DNA of 64,000 bases, taken from NCBI GenBank assembly GCA_030054035.1, contig JASGCS010000001.1, positions 270,280 to 334,279 on the forward strand, read 5' to 3'. Every line of letters begins with the position of its first letter. The first letter of the stretch is position 1. The DNA is from Candidatus Methylacidiphilales bacterium. GTDB lineage: Bacteria; Pseudomonadota; Gammaproteobacteria; JASGCS01. Shown piece after piece: positions 19,769-29,867 of this stretch. The translations under genes were made by a program, and so were the position numbers. The notes under the pieces were generated by a model. It did no database searches. It worked only from the letters and a program-made list of their open reading frames with translations, and was not told the origin of the DNA.

Positions 19769-20518
19769 ACGGTCTCCTTCTTGTTCCGCTAAAATTAATG
19801 TTCCAGTTCCATGAGAAAAGCTAGACAATACTCTAATGGGCATTTTATATAGCTTAGCTAATTCAACCGATCTAATTTGTAGTACTTTTGAACCCAAGCT
19901 AGCCATTTCCAACATTTCCTCGAAACTAATGGTATCTAACTTTCTCGCATTAGAAACTAATCGAGGGTCTGCAGTGTAAACACCATCAACATCAGTGTAA
20001 ATCTGACACTCATCCGCCTGAAACGCTACTGCAATAGCTACCGCTGTTGTATCAGATCCCCCTCTTCCCAAAGTTGTAATTGAATTTGAATCATCCACGC
20101 CTTGAAATCCTGCTATCACAGGCGTTATACCATTGATAAGTGATTTTTGAATACTTTTAGAATCAGAATTATCAATGGAATTAATTCTTGACTTGGTGTA
20201 CGCATCATCAGTTCGAATAGGAATTTGCCAACCTAGAAATGACATAGCTTGAATTGACTTTGCCTGCAAAGCAAGCGCCAATAAACCTGCTGTCACCTGC
20301 TCGCCAGATGAAGTAATTACATCAAGTTCCCGAGGATTAGGTATTGGTTGGATGGACTCAGCTAAACCAATTAGCTTATTTGTTTCTCCTGACATTGCAG
20401 AAACAACAGCAATAACTTTATTACCAAGTGAAATTTCTTGGGCGATTAAAGTGGCGACATGTATAATTCTATCCACACTGCCCACTGAAGTTCCTCCAAA
20501 TTTTTTAACCACTAACAT
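19259..20518 (-). CDS. lysC: Aspartate kinase (alpha subunit, two ACT domains)
   Basis: VKKFGGTSVG, TTLGRGGSDTTA, YTDVDGVYTADPR, VGVGMRSHAG, TSEIKIS. Confidence 0.97.
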   Translation of the reverse strand: MLVVKKFGGTSVGSVDRIIHVATLIAQEISLGNKVIAVVSAMSGETNKLIGLAESIQPIPNPRELDVITSSGEQVTAGLLALALQAKSIQAMSFLGWQIPIRTDDAYTKSRINSIDNSDSKSIQKSLINGITPVIAGFQGVDDSNSITTLGRGGSDTTAVAIAVAFQADECQIYTDVDGVYTADPRLVSNARKLDTISFEEMLEMASLGSKVLQIRSVELAKLYKMPIRVLSSFSHGTGTLILAEQEGDRMKKQEQSANKQLEHVSIAGIAHEKDEAQITICDINDKPGSAAMILSKISDNHIEVDMIVQNVSRQGKADFTFTVHKRDYQKAMKTLEGLVDQKICSTIEGNTKVAKVSLVGVGMRSHAGIASKMFRVLADKSINIMSIATSEIKISVLIHEDYLELAVRALHDAFCAEK

Positions 20519-20536
20519 GTATCTAAAAATATTTTA

Positions 20537-23146
20537 TTAATTATGTATATTAATTATCCAAGATTTACAATATTCTACCGCATCTTTGAAAGCGCTAATT
20601 TTTTCACACCCAAGTTGAGATAAGTTCTGCCTTCCACCACCTTTAGCATCAAGTATAGTAAATAATTTTTTTGCAATCACATCGGCAGAATATTTTATAG
20701 AAATCACTCGAGAAACAGAAATAACCACTATCCCATTTTCATTTTGTGGCTCTGAAACAGCGAGTATGGCAAACACATTGTTCTCCTTAGATACTAAAAT
20801 CTCAGCTAATAGTTTTAATTTATCAACGCTATAAGAGCCTAGGTGCGCCGCTACAAATTTGACTGTTCTGATTGATTCAGCTCTAATGAATAGTTCATTA
20901 GCTAATTGTTGAGTTGTTTTTAAAGTTAATTCTTTATTTTCGATTTCAATTTTCTTTTGTTTTTCAAGAAGCGTTATAATTTTGTTCGGAAGTTCTGTAA
21001 CTGCGCATGAGCAAGAAAAGGCAAGCTCTTGAAGGATTTTTTTTTGTAGTTGATACTGATCATAAAACGCTGCCATAGCAACTCCTGTAATCCTTCGCAC
21101 ACCTTGCGCAACTGCAGTTTCATCAAGTATTGTAAAACACCCAATCTCGCCAGTAGTTTTTACATGGGTACCGCCACATAACTCAATAGAAGGTCCGATA
21201 GTATGCACACGAACTTGTTCTTGGTATTTTTCACCAAAAAGCGCAATTGCGCCATTTGCGATAGCAGATTTAGGCGTAGTGATTTCCATAATAGTGGGGC
21301 TATTTTTTTCGATTTCTTCATTGACGACTGATTCGACTTCTAACAAAGCTTGTTTACTGACCGGTCCATCATGCGAAAAATCAAAGCGAGTATAACGATC
21401 AGTTACTAACGACCCTTTTTGAACTGTATCAGTCCCTAAAACAGTGCGTAGCGCGTAATGTAATAAATGTGTTACAGAATGGTGGGCAGTTGTTCTGGCT
21501 CTTACTTTTCTATCAATTATCGCTTTACCAGTAGATCCTATGACTAGCTCAGCTGGTCCGTGATAATATCCAGAATGCATGAGCAACGAACCATGTGCAA
21601 CACAATGAGATACTGAAAAAACTCCTTGTTGAAAAAGTATTTCACCTTGATCCGCAGCTTGCCCACCAGATTCTGGATAAAACGGAGTTTTATCCAGAAC
21701 GATAGTTGCATACGACTTTGGATGTAACTCACTAACCTGTTCATTGTCAACAAGAATAGTCAATAGAGCAACCGATTGCACTTCAGTAGATTGATAACCT
21801 ACAAACTCTGTCGGTACAATATCTTGAACCAAAAAAGATTGCGGGGCTTTAAAGTGTGAGCTTTTTTTACCTCTTTGTTTTTGTGCTTCCATGTACGCAT
21901 TAAATGACTCCATGTCAAGATTAATATTACGTTCTTTTGAAAGATCCTTTATTATATCTACAGGAAAACCATAGGTATCATAAAGCTTAAACACATTTTC
22001 TCCACTTAATGTATTTGAACTTAATTGCTGGATAGATTGTTCATAATGCTTCAGCCCTCTTTCAAGCGTAGATAAAAATCTCTCCTCTTCCCTTTTAATA
22101 ACGGAAATGACGCCATGTGTTCTAACCTGATTATAAACTTGGTCTTGAAGAGATAAAACGGGTAGTACTAATGAGTGTAACATTGGATCTCGAGCGCCTA
22201 ACTCATAACAATATCGAAATGCCCTTCGAATAATGCGACGTAAAACATAGCCCTTACCTTCATTTGAAGGTTGCACATCATCAAGTAATAAATACACCAT
22301 CGCTCTTGCGTGATCAGAAATTACATTCAATGCGATTTTATTTTTTTTTTCTAATGGTGAAATTGATATCGTGTCAATAATTTTATTTTTTAAAGACACA
22401 AACTCGTCAGTATCGAAATTATCCACAACCCCTTGTATGACAGATGCCAATCTTTCCAAACCCATGCCAGTATCGATTGATGGTTTTGGGAGTTTTGATC
22501 TATTACCATTTTCATTGATAAAATATTCCATAAAGACCACATTCCAAATTTCAGTAAATCTATCTAAATGAGCATCTGGACTACCAGGAGGTCCGCCTGG
22601 TACAGTTGGCCCATGATCATAGAAGATTTCCGTGCAGGGACCACAAGGACCAATATCTCCCATTTGCCAAAAATTATCGCTACTTGAAATTTTTATCAAC
22701 CGCATTGGATTAATCCCTATGTGGTTTAACCAGATTGACTCTGCTTCAGAATCATCAAAGTAGATAGTAACCCATAACTTAGACTCAGGTATCTTAAAAT
22801 AACTAGTCAGGCAATTCCATGCGTAATATATTGCTTCGCGTTTAAAATAATCTCCAAAACTAAAATTACCTAACATTTCAAAATATGTGTGATGGCGAGC
22901 GGTATAACCAACTTGCTCTAAGTCATTGTGTTTTCCCCCAGCCCTAACACAACGTTGAACAGTAGTAGCTCTTTTATGTATTGGTTTTTCCAATCCTAAA
23001 AAAATATCTTTGAATTGCACCATGCCAGAATTAGTAAACAATAATGTCTCGTCATTTTGCGGAACAAGGCTACTAGATTGAAGTAACGTGTGATCCTTAC
23101 TGACAAAATAATCAGTAAATTTTTTTCTAATTTCGTTTGTTTGCAT
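20537..23146 (-). CDS. alaS: Alanine--tRNA ligase
   Basis: LLFTNSGMVQFK, RHHTYFEMLGNFSFGDYFK, IDTGMGLER, HSVTHLLH, ELCGGTH. Confidence 0.98.
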   Translation of the reverse strand: MQTNEIRKKFTDYFVSKDHTLLQSSSLVPQNDETLLFTNSGMVQFKDIFLGLEKPIHKRATTVQRCVRAGGKHNDLEQVGYTARHHTYFEMLGNFSFGDYFKREAIYYAWNCLTSYFKIPESKLWVTIYFDDSEAESIWLNHIGINPMRLIKISSSDNFWQMGDIGPCGPCTEIFYDHGPTVPGGPPGSPDAHLDRFTEIWNVVFMEYFINENGNRSKLPKPSIDTGMGLERLASVIQGVVDNFDTDEFVSLKNKIIDTISISPLEKKNKIALNVISDHARAMVYLLLDDVQPSNEGKGYVLRRIIRRAFRYCYELGARDPMLHSLVLPVLSLQDQVYNQVRTHGVISVIKREEERFLSTLERGLKHYEQSIQQLSSNTLSGENVFKLYDTYGFPVDIIKDLSKERNINLDMESFNAYMEAQKQRGKKSSHFKAPQSFLVQDIVPTEFVGYQSTEVQSVALLTILVDNEQVSELHPKSYATIVLDKTPFYPESGGQAADQGEILFQQGVFSVSHCVAHGSLLMHSGYYHGPAELVIGSTGKAIIDRKVRARTTAHHSVTHLLHYALRTVLGTDTVQKGSLVTDRYTRFDFSHDGPVSKQALLEVESVVNEEIEKNSPTIMEITTPKSAIANGAIALFGEKYQEQVRVHTIGPSIELCGGTHVKTTGEIGCFTILDETAVAQGVRRITGVAMAAFYDQYQLQKKILQELAFSCSCAVTELPNKIITLLEKQKKIEIENKELTLKTTQQLANELFIRAESIRTVKFVAAHLGSYSVDKLKLLAEILVSKENNVFAILAVSEPQNENGIVVISVSRVISIKYSADVIAKKLFTILDAKGGGRQNLSQLGCEKISAFKDAVEYCKSWIINIHN

Positions 23147-23160
23147 AAGTTAAAAACTCT

Positions 23161-23652
23161 TCAAGAAAGGCTACTACTGCTAGTGACATATTCAAAATCA
23201 GATTTACCAAACCCTCTAGATATTATATAACGGTACAATTTTGCTCGATGAGTATAATTCGTAGATGCATTTTGAATCATTTTTGCAAAAACCGATCTGG
23301 TCTGCGCCATAGTATCTAATACATCGTGCCAATGGATTTGATTAATATGATCTACAGCGATTTGTTTTGAAATCCCTCTTTGCAATAGTTCTCCATAAAT
23401 TTTTTTCGGACCAAAACCTTTTCTAATTCTTGACTGAACATACATCATTGAATACTGCGTATCATTTAAAAAATTTAATGAGGTGCATTTTTCAATGACT
23501 TGGCTAACTTCACCATCAGGGTAGCCGCGATGGGTCAACTTTCTTGAAAGAGTAACGCTTGTATACATTTGTTTGGAGAGTAATGCTTGCGCATAATCAA
23601 AACAAGTTCTGCGGCTAGTGTTTTTATTCTGGACTTGCTTCCGAAATGTCAT
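23161..23652 (-). CDS. recX: Recombination regulator RecX
   Basis: Directly downstream of recA; LNDTQY, GFGPKKI..EL.QRGI, YIISRGF. Confidence 0.88.
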   Translation of the reverse strand: MTFRKQVQNKNTSRRTCFDYAQALLSKQMYTSVTLSRKLTHRGYPDGEVSQVIEKCTSLNFLNDTQYSMMYVQSRIRKGFGPKKIYGELLQRGISKQIAVDHINQIHWHDVLDTMAQTRSVFAKMIQNASTNYTHRAKLYRYIISRGFGKSDFEYVTSSSSLS

Positions 23653-24703
23653 CTACAGGAGGTTGATTAGTAACTGAGTGATTTTTGACTTGTTTATTTA
23701 ATTCCCTAATTTTTTTCTCAAGTTCCTCACATTCTTTAGGGTGCTCCTTTAACCATTGTCTTGCTTGTTCTTTTCCTTGTCCTATTTTTTGATTTTTATA
23801 AGAGAACCAAGAGCCGGCTTTATCAATTAATTCGCGTGTAACACCTAGTTCCAGTATCTCACCTTCTAAAGAGCAGCCAATTCCGTAAAGTATATCAAAC
23901 CGCGCTTCGGTAAAAGGAGGAGCGACTTTATTTTTAACAACCTTAACTTTAGTCTCACTTCCAATCACTTCATCACCTTGCTTGATTGACCCTACCCTTC
24001 TTATATCCAATCGTACTGAAGAATAAAATTTAAGCGCATTTCCTCCTGTCGTGGTTTCAGGATTGCCAAAAAGAACTCCTATTTTCATTCTGATTTGATT
24101 AATGAAGATAACGAGTGTGTTTGAGCGATTAATATTTGCAGTGAGTTTTCTTAGTGCTTGAGACATTAAGCGAGCCTGCAATCCCATATGTGAATCACCC
24201 ATCTCACCTTCAATTTCAGCTTTTGGTGTCAGTGCAGCCACAGAATCAACAACAACAACATCAACAGAGCATGAGCTCACTAGCATATTTGCAATTTCTA
24301 ATGCTTGCTCTCCAGTATCAGGTTGGGAAACTACTAGATCCTCAACTTTAACTCCCAACTTTGAAGCATATTGAATATCCAATGCGTGCTCAGCATCAAT
24401 AAAGGCAGCGGCACCACCGCATTTTTGACATTGTGCTATTACCTGCAGGGATAATGTTGTTTTTCCAGAAGACTCTGGGCCAAATATTTCCACAACCCTT
24501 CCCCGAGGCAACCCACCAATTCCTAAAGCTAAATCTAATGTAAGTGAGCCAGTAGATATGGTCTGAATATCTGTATCAATTTTATCATCCCCCATACGCA
24601 TAATTGAGCCTTTACCAAATTGTTTTTCAATCTGACCAATAGCATTGGTCAAAGCTTTTAATTTTTCATTCTGTATTTTTGAGTTATTTTTTGGTTCTGC
24701 CAT
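23624..24703 (-). CDS. recA: Recombinase RecA
   Basis: [49 protein letters not shown]. Confidence 0.99.
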   Translation of the reverse strand: MAEPKNNSKIQNEKLKALTNAIGQIEKQFGKGSIMRMGDDKIDTDIQTISTGSLTLDLALGIGGLPRGRVVEIFGPESSGKTTLSLQVIAQCQKCGGAAAFIDAEHALDIQYASKLGVKVEDLVVSQPDTGEQALEIANMLVSSCSVDVVVVDSVAALTPKAEIEGEMGDSHMGLQARLMSQALRKLTANINRSNTLVIFINQIRMKIGVLFGNPETTTGGNALKFYSSVRLDIRRVGSIKQGDEVIGSETKVKVVKNKVAPPFTEARFDILYGIGCSLEGEILELGVTRELIDKAGSWFSYKNQKIGQGKEQARQWLKEHPKECEELEKKIRELNKQVKNHSVTNQPPVDDISEASPE

Positions 24704-24784
24704 TATCTGCTCCTATCATTATTAATAATTACTAGTTTACCTTACTAAAGAAATAAAAAATAAAAAATCAGAAAATGCAAATAT

Positions 24785-25120
24785 TTATTGCACTGAAGTA
24801 TTTTTTAATTCTTGTTGTAGTGTTTCTAATTTCTTTTTGATTTTGATTTTTTCTTGTTCAGTATTTTTTAATTCTATTTCATATTTTTCAATAGTTTTCT
24901 TTAATGCTTGAATTTCTTTTGTTTTTTCAGCAATTAATTTTTTATCATGGTTAGAGACTTCTTTTATTGGATCAGGAACAGTACTTGGAGTAGGCTGCTG
25001 ACTTTTTTTCAATTGAGCTTCGCTCTTTGGCGTATTGCCTTCTTTTGAGCCCTGAATTTCAGAGTATGAAATACTAACTATAGAAAATACAAGTAAAATA
25101 GTGATATATAATTGAACCAT
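24785..25120 (-). CDS. Hypothetical exported coiled-coil protein
   Basis: 111 aa: hydrophobic N-terminus, Pro/Ser/Gln linker, Lys/Glu heptad-rich C-terminus. Confidence 0.55.
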   Translation of the reverse strand: MVQLYITILLVFSIVSISYSEIQGSKEGNTPKSEAQLKKSQQPTPSTVPDPIKEVSNHDKKLIAEKTKEIQALKKTIEKYEIELKNTEQEKIKIKKKLETLQQELKNTSVQ

Positions 25121-25193
25121 AGCCTAGATTTTAACATGATTTCCACACATAAATTAGAATTGCTTTACGATTAGTGTTATAAGATATGAGACT

Positions 25194-26081
25194 ATGAATG
25201 TAAAGACAATACTACTGATCAGGAATCAATTTTCAGATACTAAAAATATTAATGAAAAAATAGCAGCTATTGCAAAAAAAAAGAAGATACATTGTATTGA
25301 GTCAGATCTAAGCTCTTTGAAACATATCGAAAATAAACTAGCGGTAAAAAATATAAATCAATTGGATTTAATTGTAATACTCGGTGGGGATGGCACTATG
25401 CTTTCAGTTATCAATCAACTAATACACTTATCTGTTCCTTTTACTGGAATTAACACTGGTAGATTGGGATTTTTAACCGATAGTTTTATAGGTTCATTAA
25501 GTTCATTTCTAACTAATGCTTCCAAAGGTAATTTTATATTTGATACCAGGATCGCGTTACACGCGACCATAGTTCGAAAAGGTAAAATTAATGAGGAGAT
25601 TATTGCAGTGAATGATTTCATTATTAGAAGCAATACTTTTCACATAGCAAATCTTGGTTTAACTATAAATAACGAATTTATTCACGAGGAACGAGGAGAT
25701 GGGATAGTAGTATGCACTCCAACAGGATCAACTGCATATTCTATGTCTAGTGGCGGACCTATTATTGCACCAAGTATTGATTGTCTATGTGTCACTCCAC
25801 TATCACCTCATTACCTAAGTCATCGTCCTATTGTGCTATCACCAACAACAGTAATCAAAATATCAGTACCAAAATCAGCTAGAGATGTTGATTTTAGCAA
25901 TGATGGGATTCGTATAATTAAACTGATCCAAGGAGACGAGATAATTATAAAAAAATATCCATTAGCTTTTACCTTGGCCTACCATCCTTCTTATAGTTAT
26001 TTTCAAGTATTGAAGAAAAAACTATTTTGGGGGACTAAAACAAATCTTGCAAATAAAAATGTTGGTAGAATTAAACGTTAA
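25194..26081 (+). CDS. nadK: NAD kinase
   Basis: LGGDGTML, GINTGRLGFL, GDGIVVCTPTGSTAYSMSSGGP. Confidence 0.96.
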   Translation: MNVKTILLIRNQFSDTKNINEKIAAIAKKKKIHCIESDLSSLKHIENKLAVKNINQLDLIVILGGDGTMLSVINQLIHLSVPFTGINTGRLGFLTDSFIGSLSSFLTNASKGNFIFDTRIALHATIVRKGKINEEIIAVNDFIIRSNTFHIANLGLTINNEFIHEERGDGIVVCTPTGSTAYSMSSGGPIIAPSIDCLCVTPLSPHYLSHRPIVLSPTTVIKISVPKSARDVDFSNDGIRIIKLIQGDEIIIKKYPLAFTLAYHPSYSYFQVLKKKLFWGTKTNLANKNVGRIKR

Positions 26082-27759
26082 AAATTTTATACTAGCAAAA
26101 GATATTACTCTTACCTTCGATCGTGGGTTAACGGTAATCACTGGAGAAACCGGTGCAGGAAAATCAATTTTAATAGACGCGCTTCAGCTTATTTTAGGGG
26201 GGCGTGCTCACGTTTCAACAATTCGTAACGGTGAACAACGTGCTGATATTCAAGCATGGTTTGAAATCGAAAATAATAATCAAATAATTGCATTATTACA
26301 TTCCTACAATATACCGCTAGAAGACAAAAACTGTATCATATCCAGAAGTATTTTTTCAGATGGTAAAAGCAAAGCGTCTATAAATGGGATAACGGTAACA
26401 AATAGTATTTTAAAATTAATAACGAACTTGCTTGTTGAAATTCATGGTCAGAATCAACATATAGCTTTTACAGAATCTTCTTTTCAAAGGTCTTTTATTG
26501 ACGAATATGGATCGATAACGGAGCTTAGGAAAGAATACGAGCAACTATTTGACCAACATGCTTTGCAAATTGAACATTTAAATCAGCTTAACAATGACCA
26601 TAAAGTATCAAATGAGAAAAAAGAATACATAGAATATTTATGCGATGAATTAAACCAATTACATTTAAAACCCAAAGAGTGGGAAGAGCTGACAAAAAAA
26701 CAGCTCGCAATTGCGAATCGTGGTGAAATTACCAGCACACTAACATTGTTACAGTCGATTTTTATTGATGATCAAAAGTCAATTACCAATCAACTTAAAA
26801 CTGCCATGCGCGCTGCCTCAAGTTCAAAATTATTTAAAAATCAATTTCCGACAATTCTTGACTTAATGGAAATAGTTAATCAAAATATTGCTGATGTGGC
26901 AGATGATCTTCGAATGAGACTTGAAGAATTTGATAATTTTGATGAACCTATTGAACTGGTAGAACAAAGGATGAGCGCTATCCATAAAATCGCTAGAAAA
27001 CTACATGTTGAACCAGAACAATTATTACAAACTCAGGATAAATTATTACAAGAATTAAATAATGTCACCAGGCAAGAAGAAACTATACATGAACTAACAT
27101 TGGTCATTTCATCTTTGCATAACAAAATGATTGAAAAAGCAAAAGCAATTTCTTTAAAAAGGATAGCAACTTGTCAAGAACTATCTAAAGCTGTTTCAAT
27201 TGTATTACCTGATGTGGCTTTACAAAATACAACTTTTACCATTGATTGTAAACAACACCATGATACTTTACAAAAATATGGAATTGACCTCGTTTCGTTT
27301 AACGCAAGTTTTAATCTTGGTAGCGTAGTTCAACCGCTTGATAAAATAGCTTCAGGTGGTGAACTGTCTAGAATAGCGCTTGCGCTTTATCTTGCTTCAA
27401 TTACTTCAAATATCAAAACTTATAACACGCACGGTACTTTATTTTTTGACGAAATTGATACGGGTATCGGCGGTGAAACCGCAACCTCAATCGGTAAGCT
27501 TTTAGCAAAACTAGCAAGGCAGCATCAAGTATTTGTAATTACCCATCACGCAATTATTGCAGCACAAGCAGAAACACAAATTACTATAGAAAAATCGATT
27601 TCTGAAAACTCAACTGAAACGATCGCAAAGGTAGTAAGTGACCAGGAGAGAATCGCTGAGCTTTCGAGAATGTTAAGCGGATCTTCAATTGCTAAAGCAA
27701 GTATAGAAAACGCTAAAGAATTATTAAAAAACGCTAAAAGTGGTAAAATAAAAAAATGA
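26059..27759 (+). CDS. recN: DNA repair protein RecN
   Basis: ITGETGAGKS, EIHGQ, ASGGELSR, FDEIDTGIGG; start at ATG 26059. Confidence 0.96.
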   Translation: MLVELNVKNFILAKDITLTFDRGLTVITGETGAGKSILIDALQLILGGRAHVSTIRNGEQRADIQAWFEIENNNQIIALLHSYNIPLEDKNCIISRSIFSDGKSKASINGITVTNSILKLITNLLVEIHGQNQHIAFTESSFQRSFIDEYGSITELRKEYEQLFDQHALQIEHLNQLNNDHKVSNEKKEYIEYLCDELNQLHLKPKEWEELTKKQLAIANRGEITSTLTLLQSIFIDDQKSITNQLKTAMRAASSSKLFKNQFPTILDLMEIVNQNIADVADDLRMRLEEFDNFDEPIELVEQRMSAIHKIARKLHVEPEQLLQTQDKLLQELNNVTRQEETIHELTLVISSLHNKMIEKAKAISLKRIATCQELSKAVSIVLPDVALQNTTFTIDCKQHHDTLQKYGIDLVSFNASFNLGSVVQPLDKIASGGELSRIALALYLASITSNIKTYNTHGTLFFDEIDTGIGGETATSIGKLLAKLARQHQVFVITHHAIIAAQAETQITIEKSISENSTETIAKVVSDQERIAELSRMLSGSSIAKASIENAKELLKNAKSGKIKK

Positions 27760-28112
27760 ATAATTTATTTTATGGTATGTTTTTGATTTTTATTGTCGCA
27801 TGCTCACCTGCGTATGTTATACCTATACAGCAAGGTAATGTAATCTACGAACCAGATGTTACTAAAATCAAGGTGGGCATGAGCAAACTTGAGGTTATTT
27901 CAGTACTTGGTGAACCTGCCATCACCCATTTTTTTAATAAAAATAATTGGACTTACATCTATCATAGTAAAACAGGCGGGCAATCTCAACTAATTGATTT
28001 ACAACAATCAAGTAATAATGAAAACAGTGCAAAATCAGCACTCATCTCTTCAGTAGAAATTAAATTTGATAACGAAATAGTTAAAAATATTTCTTACACA
28101 ATTTTACAATGA
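27756..28112 (+). CDS. bamE: Outer membrane assembly lipoprotein BamE
   Basis: Lipobox IVAC, IQQGN, GMSK.EV..VLGEP, WTY; follows recN. Confidence 0.9.
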   Translation: MNNLFYGMFLIFIVACSPAYVIPIQQGNVIYEPDVTKIKVGMSKLEVISVLGEPAITHFFNKNNWTYIYHSKTGGQSQLIDLQQSSNNENSAKSALISSVEIKFDNEIVKNISYTILQ

Positions 28113-28132
28113 CAATATAACCAACCATTACC

Positions 28133-28561
28133 TCAACCGTACACTTGGTAAGCCCTCTTTACAAATGAACGCACAAACTCTGTCCTGAGTTGACCAACAA
28201 ATAAAGCGCCACCAAACATCGTAGAAATTGGCGGCAACTCAACTTGTAATAAAAAATATATTTGTGTTTTATTATGTTCTAGAAACTCAAAGTTCCATTC
28301 ACCATATAGCTGAGTAAAAGTTCCATCTATCTGTTGCATAGTAATTTTGTCATGCCCATAAAAAGTATTTTTTGAGGTTACTGAAATAGAAATAAGCCCC
28401 TTTCTAAAAACCATTTTTGCGATAATGAAATCATGGTTTTCTTCAACTTGAAAAGAATCTGTGCAATAGGTCAAGAAATGTTTATAAGATGGTACATCCA
28501 TTACTAAGTCAAATACTTGTTTTTTTGAGTAAGGAACTATGACCTTTTCAGATGAATGCAT
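28133..28561 (-). CDS. ratA: RatA/PasT (Coq10-like START domain) protein
   Basis: VPYSKKQVFDLVMDVPSY..FL, LYGEWNF, FVKRA; conserved bamE-smpB neighbourhood. Confidence 0.85.
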   Translation of the reverse strand: MHSSEKVIVPYSKKQVFDLVMDVPSYKHFLTYCTDSFQVEENHDFIIAKMVFRKGLISISVTSKNTFYGHDKITMQQIDGTFTQLYGEWNFEFLEHNKTQIYFLLQVELPPISTMFGGALFVGQLRTEFVRSFVKRAYQVYG

Positions 28562-28570
28562 ATTTGGCGT

Positions 28571-29347
28571 TTACTCTTTGGATATGAGTGATTCAATGCT
28601 ACCAATAGGAAGATGCCTATTCAATTCAAGATCAGAATTATAATATTTTTTTAACTCATTTCTAAAATCTTCGTGGAGTGTAACCATTTCATGAGTTAAC
28701 GGAACTTTAAAAGGGCTAATTTCAAACGAAACTTGAGCTTCACTTATGCTAAAGCTATTAGATGTATTGCTATCTAACTCGATAGATAATTGTTCAGGGT
28801 TTGTTTGTAGAAAAATATATACTTGGGCAGCTAAACGAGCATCATCATAAGCATTATGCAAACCAGTCTTATCACGACTATGCGTTGGAATACCTAATCG
28901 GGCGCAAACGCTAGATAAATCATTTTTCTGATTAGGGAATTTTCTTCTACAGAGTTGAAGGGTATCAATATATTCAAGTTTCTTGAAATTTTGAGCATAG
29001 TCAGGGTGGATTCTTTCCAATTCATTAATAAATAAATTTCTATCATATTCTGCGTTATGCATAATAATAGGGCTTGAATCTATGTATTCTATAACCGTGG
29101 TTAAAATCTCACTTAAAAGTGGCTTATCTTTAATATCATTATCATAAATTCCATGTATGGCACTGGAATCTGGAGGTATAGGTATACCTGGATTTACTCT
29201 AATTAATTTAAAATCTCCACTAATACTGGAATCAAGTATTTCTAGAAGTCCAATCTCTATTATTCTATCTTGCGTTACACTTAATCCAGTAGTTTCTAAG
29301 TCTAATGAAATGAGTCTTTTGGATATATTGCCTTTAACGAATGCCAC
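28571..29347 (-). CDS. dnaQ: DNA polymerase III epsilon subunit (DEDDh exonuclease)
   Basis: LDLETTGL, DRIIEIG, HNAEYD, DTL, LHNAYDDA. Confidence 0.88.
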   Translation of the reverse strand: MAFVKGNISKRLISLDLETTGLSVTQDRIIEIGLLEILDSSISGDFKLIRVNPGIPIPPDSSAIHGIYDNDIKDKPLLSEILTTVIEYIDSSPIIMHNAEYDRNLFINELERIHPDYAQNFKKLEYIDTLQLCRRKFPNQKNDLSSVCARLGIPTHSRDKTGLHNAYDDARLAAQVYIFLQTNPEQLSIELDSNTSNSFSISEAQVSFEISPFKVPLTHEMVTLHEDFRNELKKYYNSDLELNRHLPIGSIESLISKE

Positions 29348-29396
29348 TGCTAGTAGTCCATATTTTTATGAAAGCATTATACAATACTATCACACT

Positions 29397-29855
29397 ATGA
29401 ACAAAATAACTAATAAAAAAGCTAGATTTGAATATGAAGTAATACAAACACTTGAATGTGGAATACATCTGTTAGGGTGGGAAGTTAAAAGCATTCGATC
29501 TTCAAAAATTAACATAGATGAAAGTTATGCCATTGTTCGAAACGAAGAACTCTATTGGCTCAATGCTCGTTGCGCTCCACTTGCGCACACCAGCATGTCA
29601 AATACAAAAGCAGATCCAGTCAGAACAAAAAAATTACTTGCACATAAAAACGAAATTGCAAAACTAATCGGATCACTGACCAAGGGATTCACGCTTATCC
29701 CATTATCATTATACGAAACAAGAGGAAAATTCAAACTAGAGTTAGGGCTAGGTAAAGGTAAAACTAACTACGACAAACGAAAGAGTATAAAAGATCGTGA
29801 ATGGAAAATTAACCAAAGAAAGATTTTACTTAACGCAAACAAAATAGTAAGATAG
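29397..29855 (+). CDS. smpB: SsrA-binding protein SmpB
   Basis: NKKARFEY, GIHLLGWEVKSIR, RTKKLL, GKGKTNYDKR; start at ATG 29397 (the longer ORF overlaps dnaQ). Confidence 0.96.
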   Translation: MNKITNKKARFEYEVIQTLECGIHLLGWEVKSIRSSKINIDESYAIVRNEELYWLNARCAPLAHTSMSNTKADPVRTKKLLAHKNEIAKLIGSLTKGFTLIPLSLYETRGKFKLELGLGKGKTNYDKRKSIKDREWKINQRKILLNANKIVR

Positions 29856-29867
29856 AGATTAATTGAT

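Noticed and set aside
22420-22428. DnaA box TTATCCACA (another near 42167)
   Set aside because: Isolated copies inside alaS and mdh; no cluster or origin-like gap.
24704-24784. LexA (SOS) box upstream of recA
   Set aside because: No CTGT-N8-ACAG found; absence in one window says little without knowing whether lexA exists.
29157-29396. Apparent 80-aa N-terminal extension of SmpB
   Set aside because: Antisense to dnaQ; SmpB homology starts at ATG 29397.
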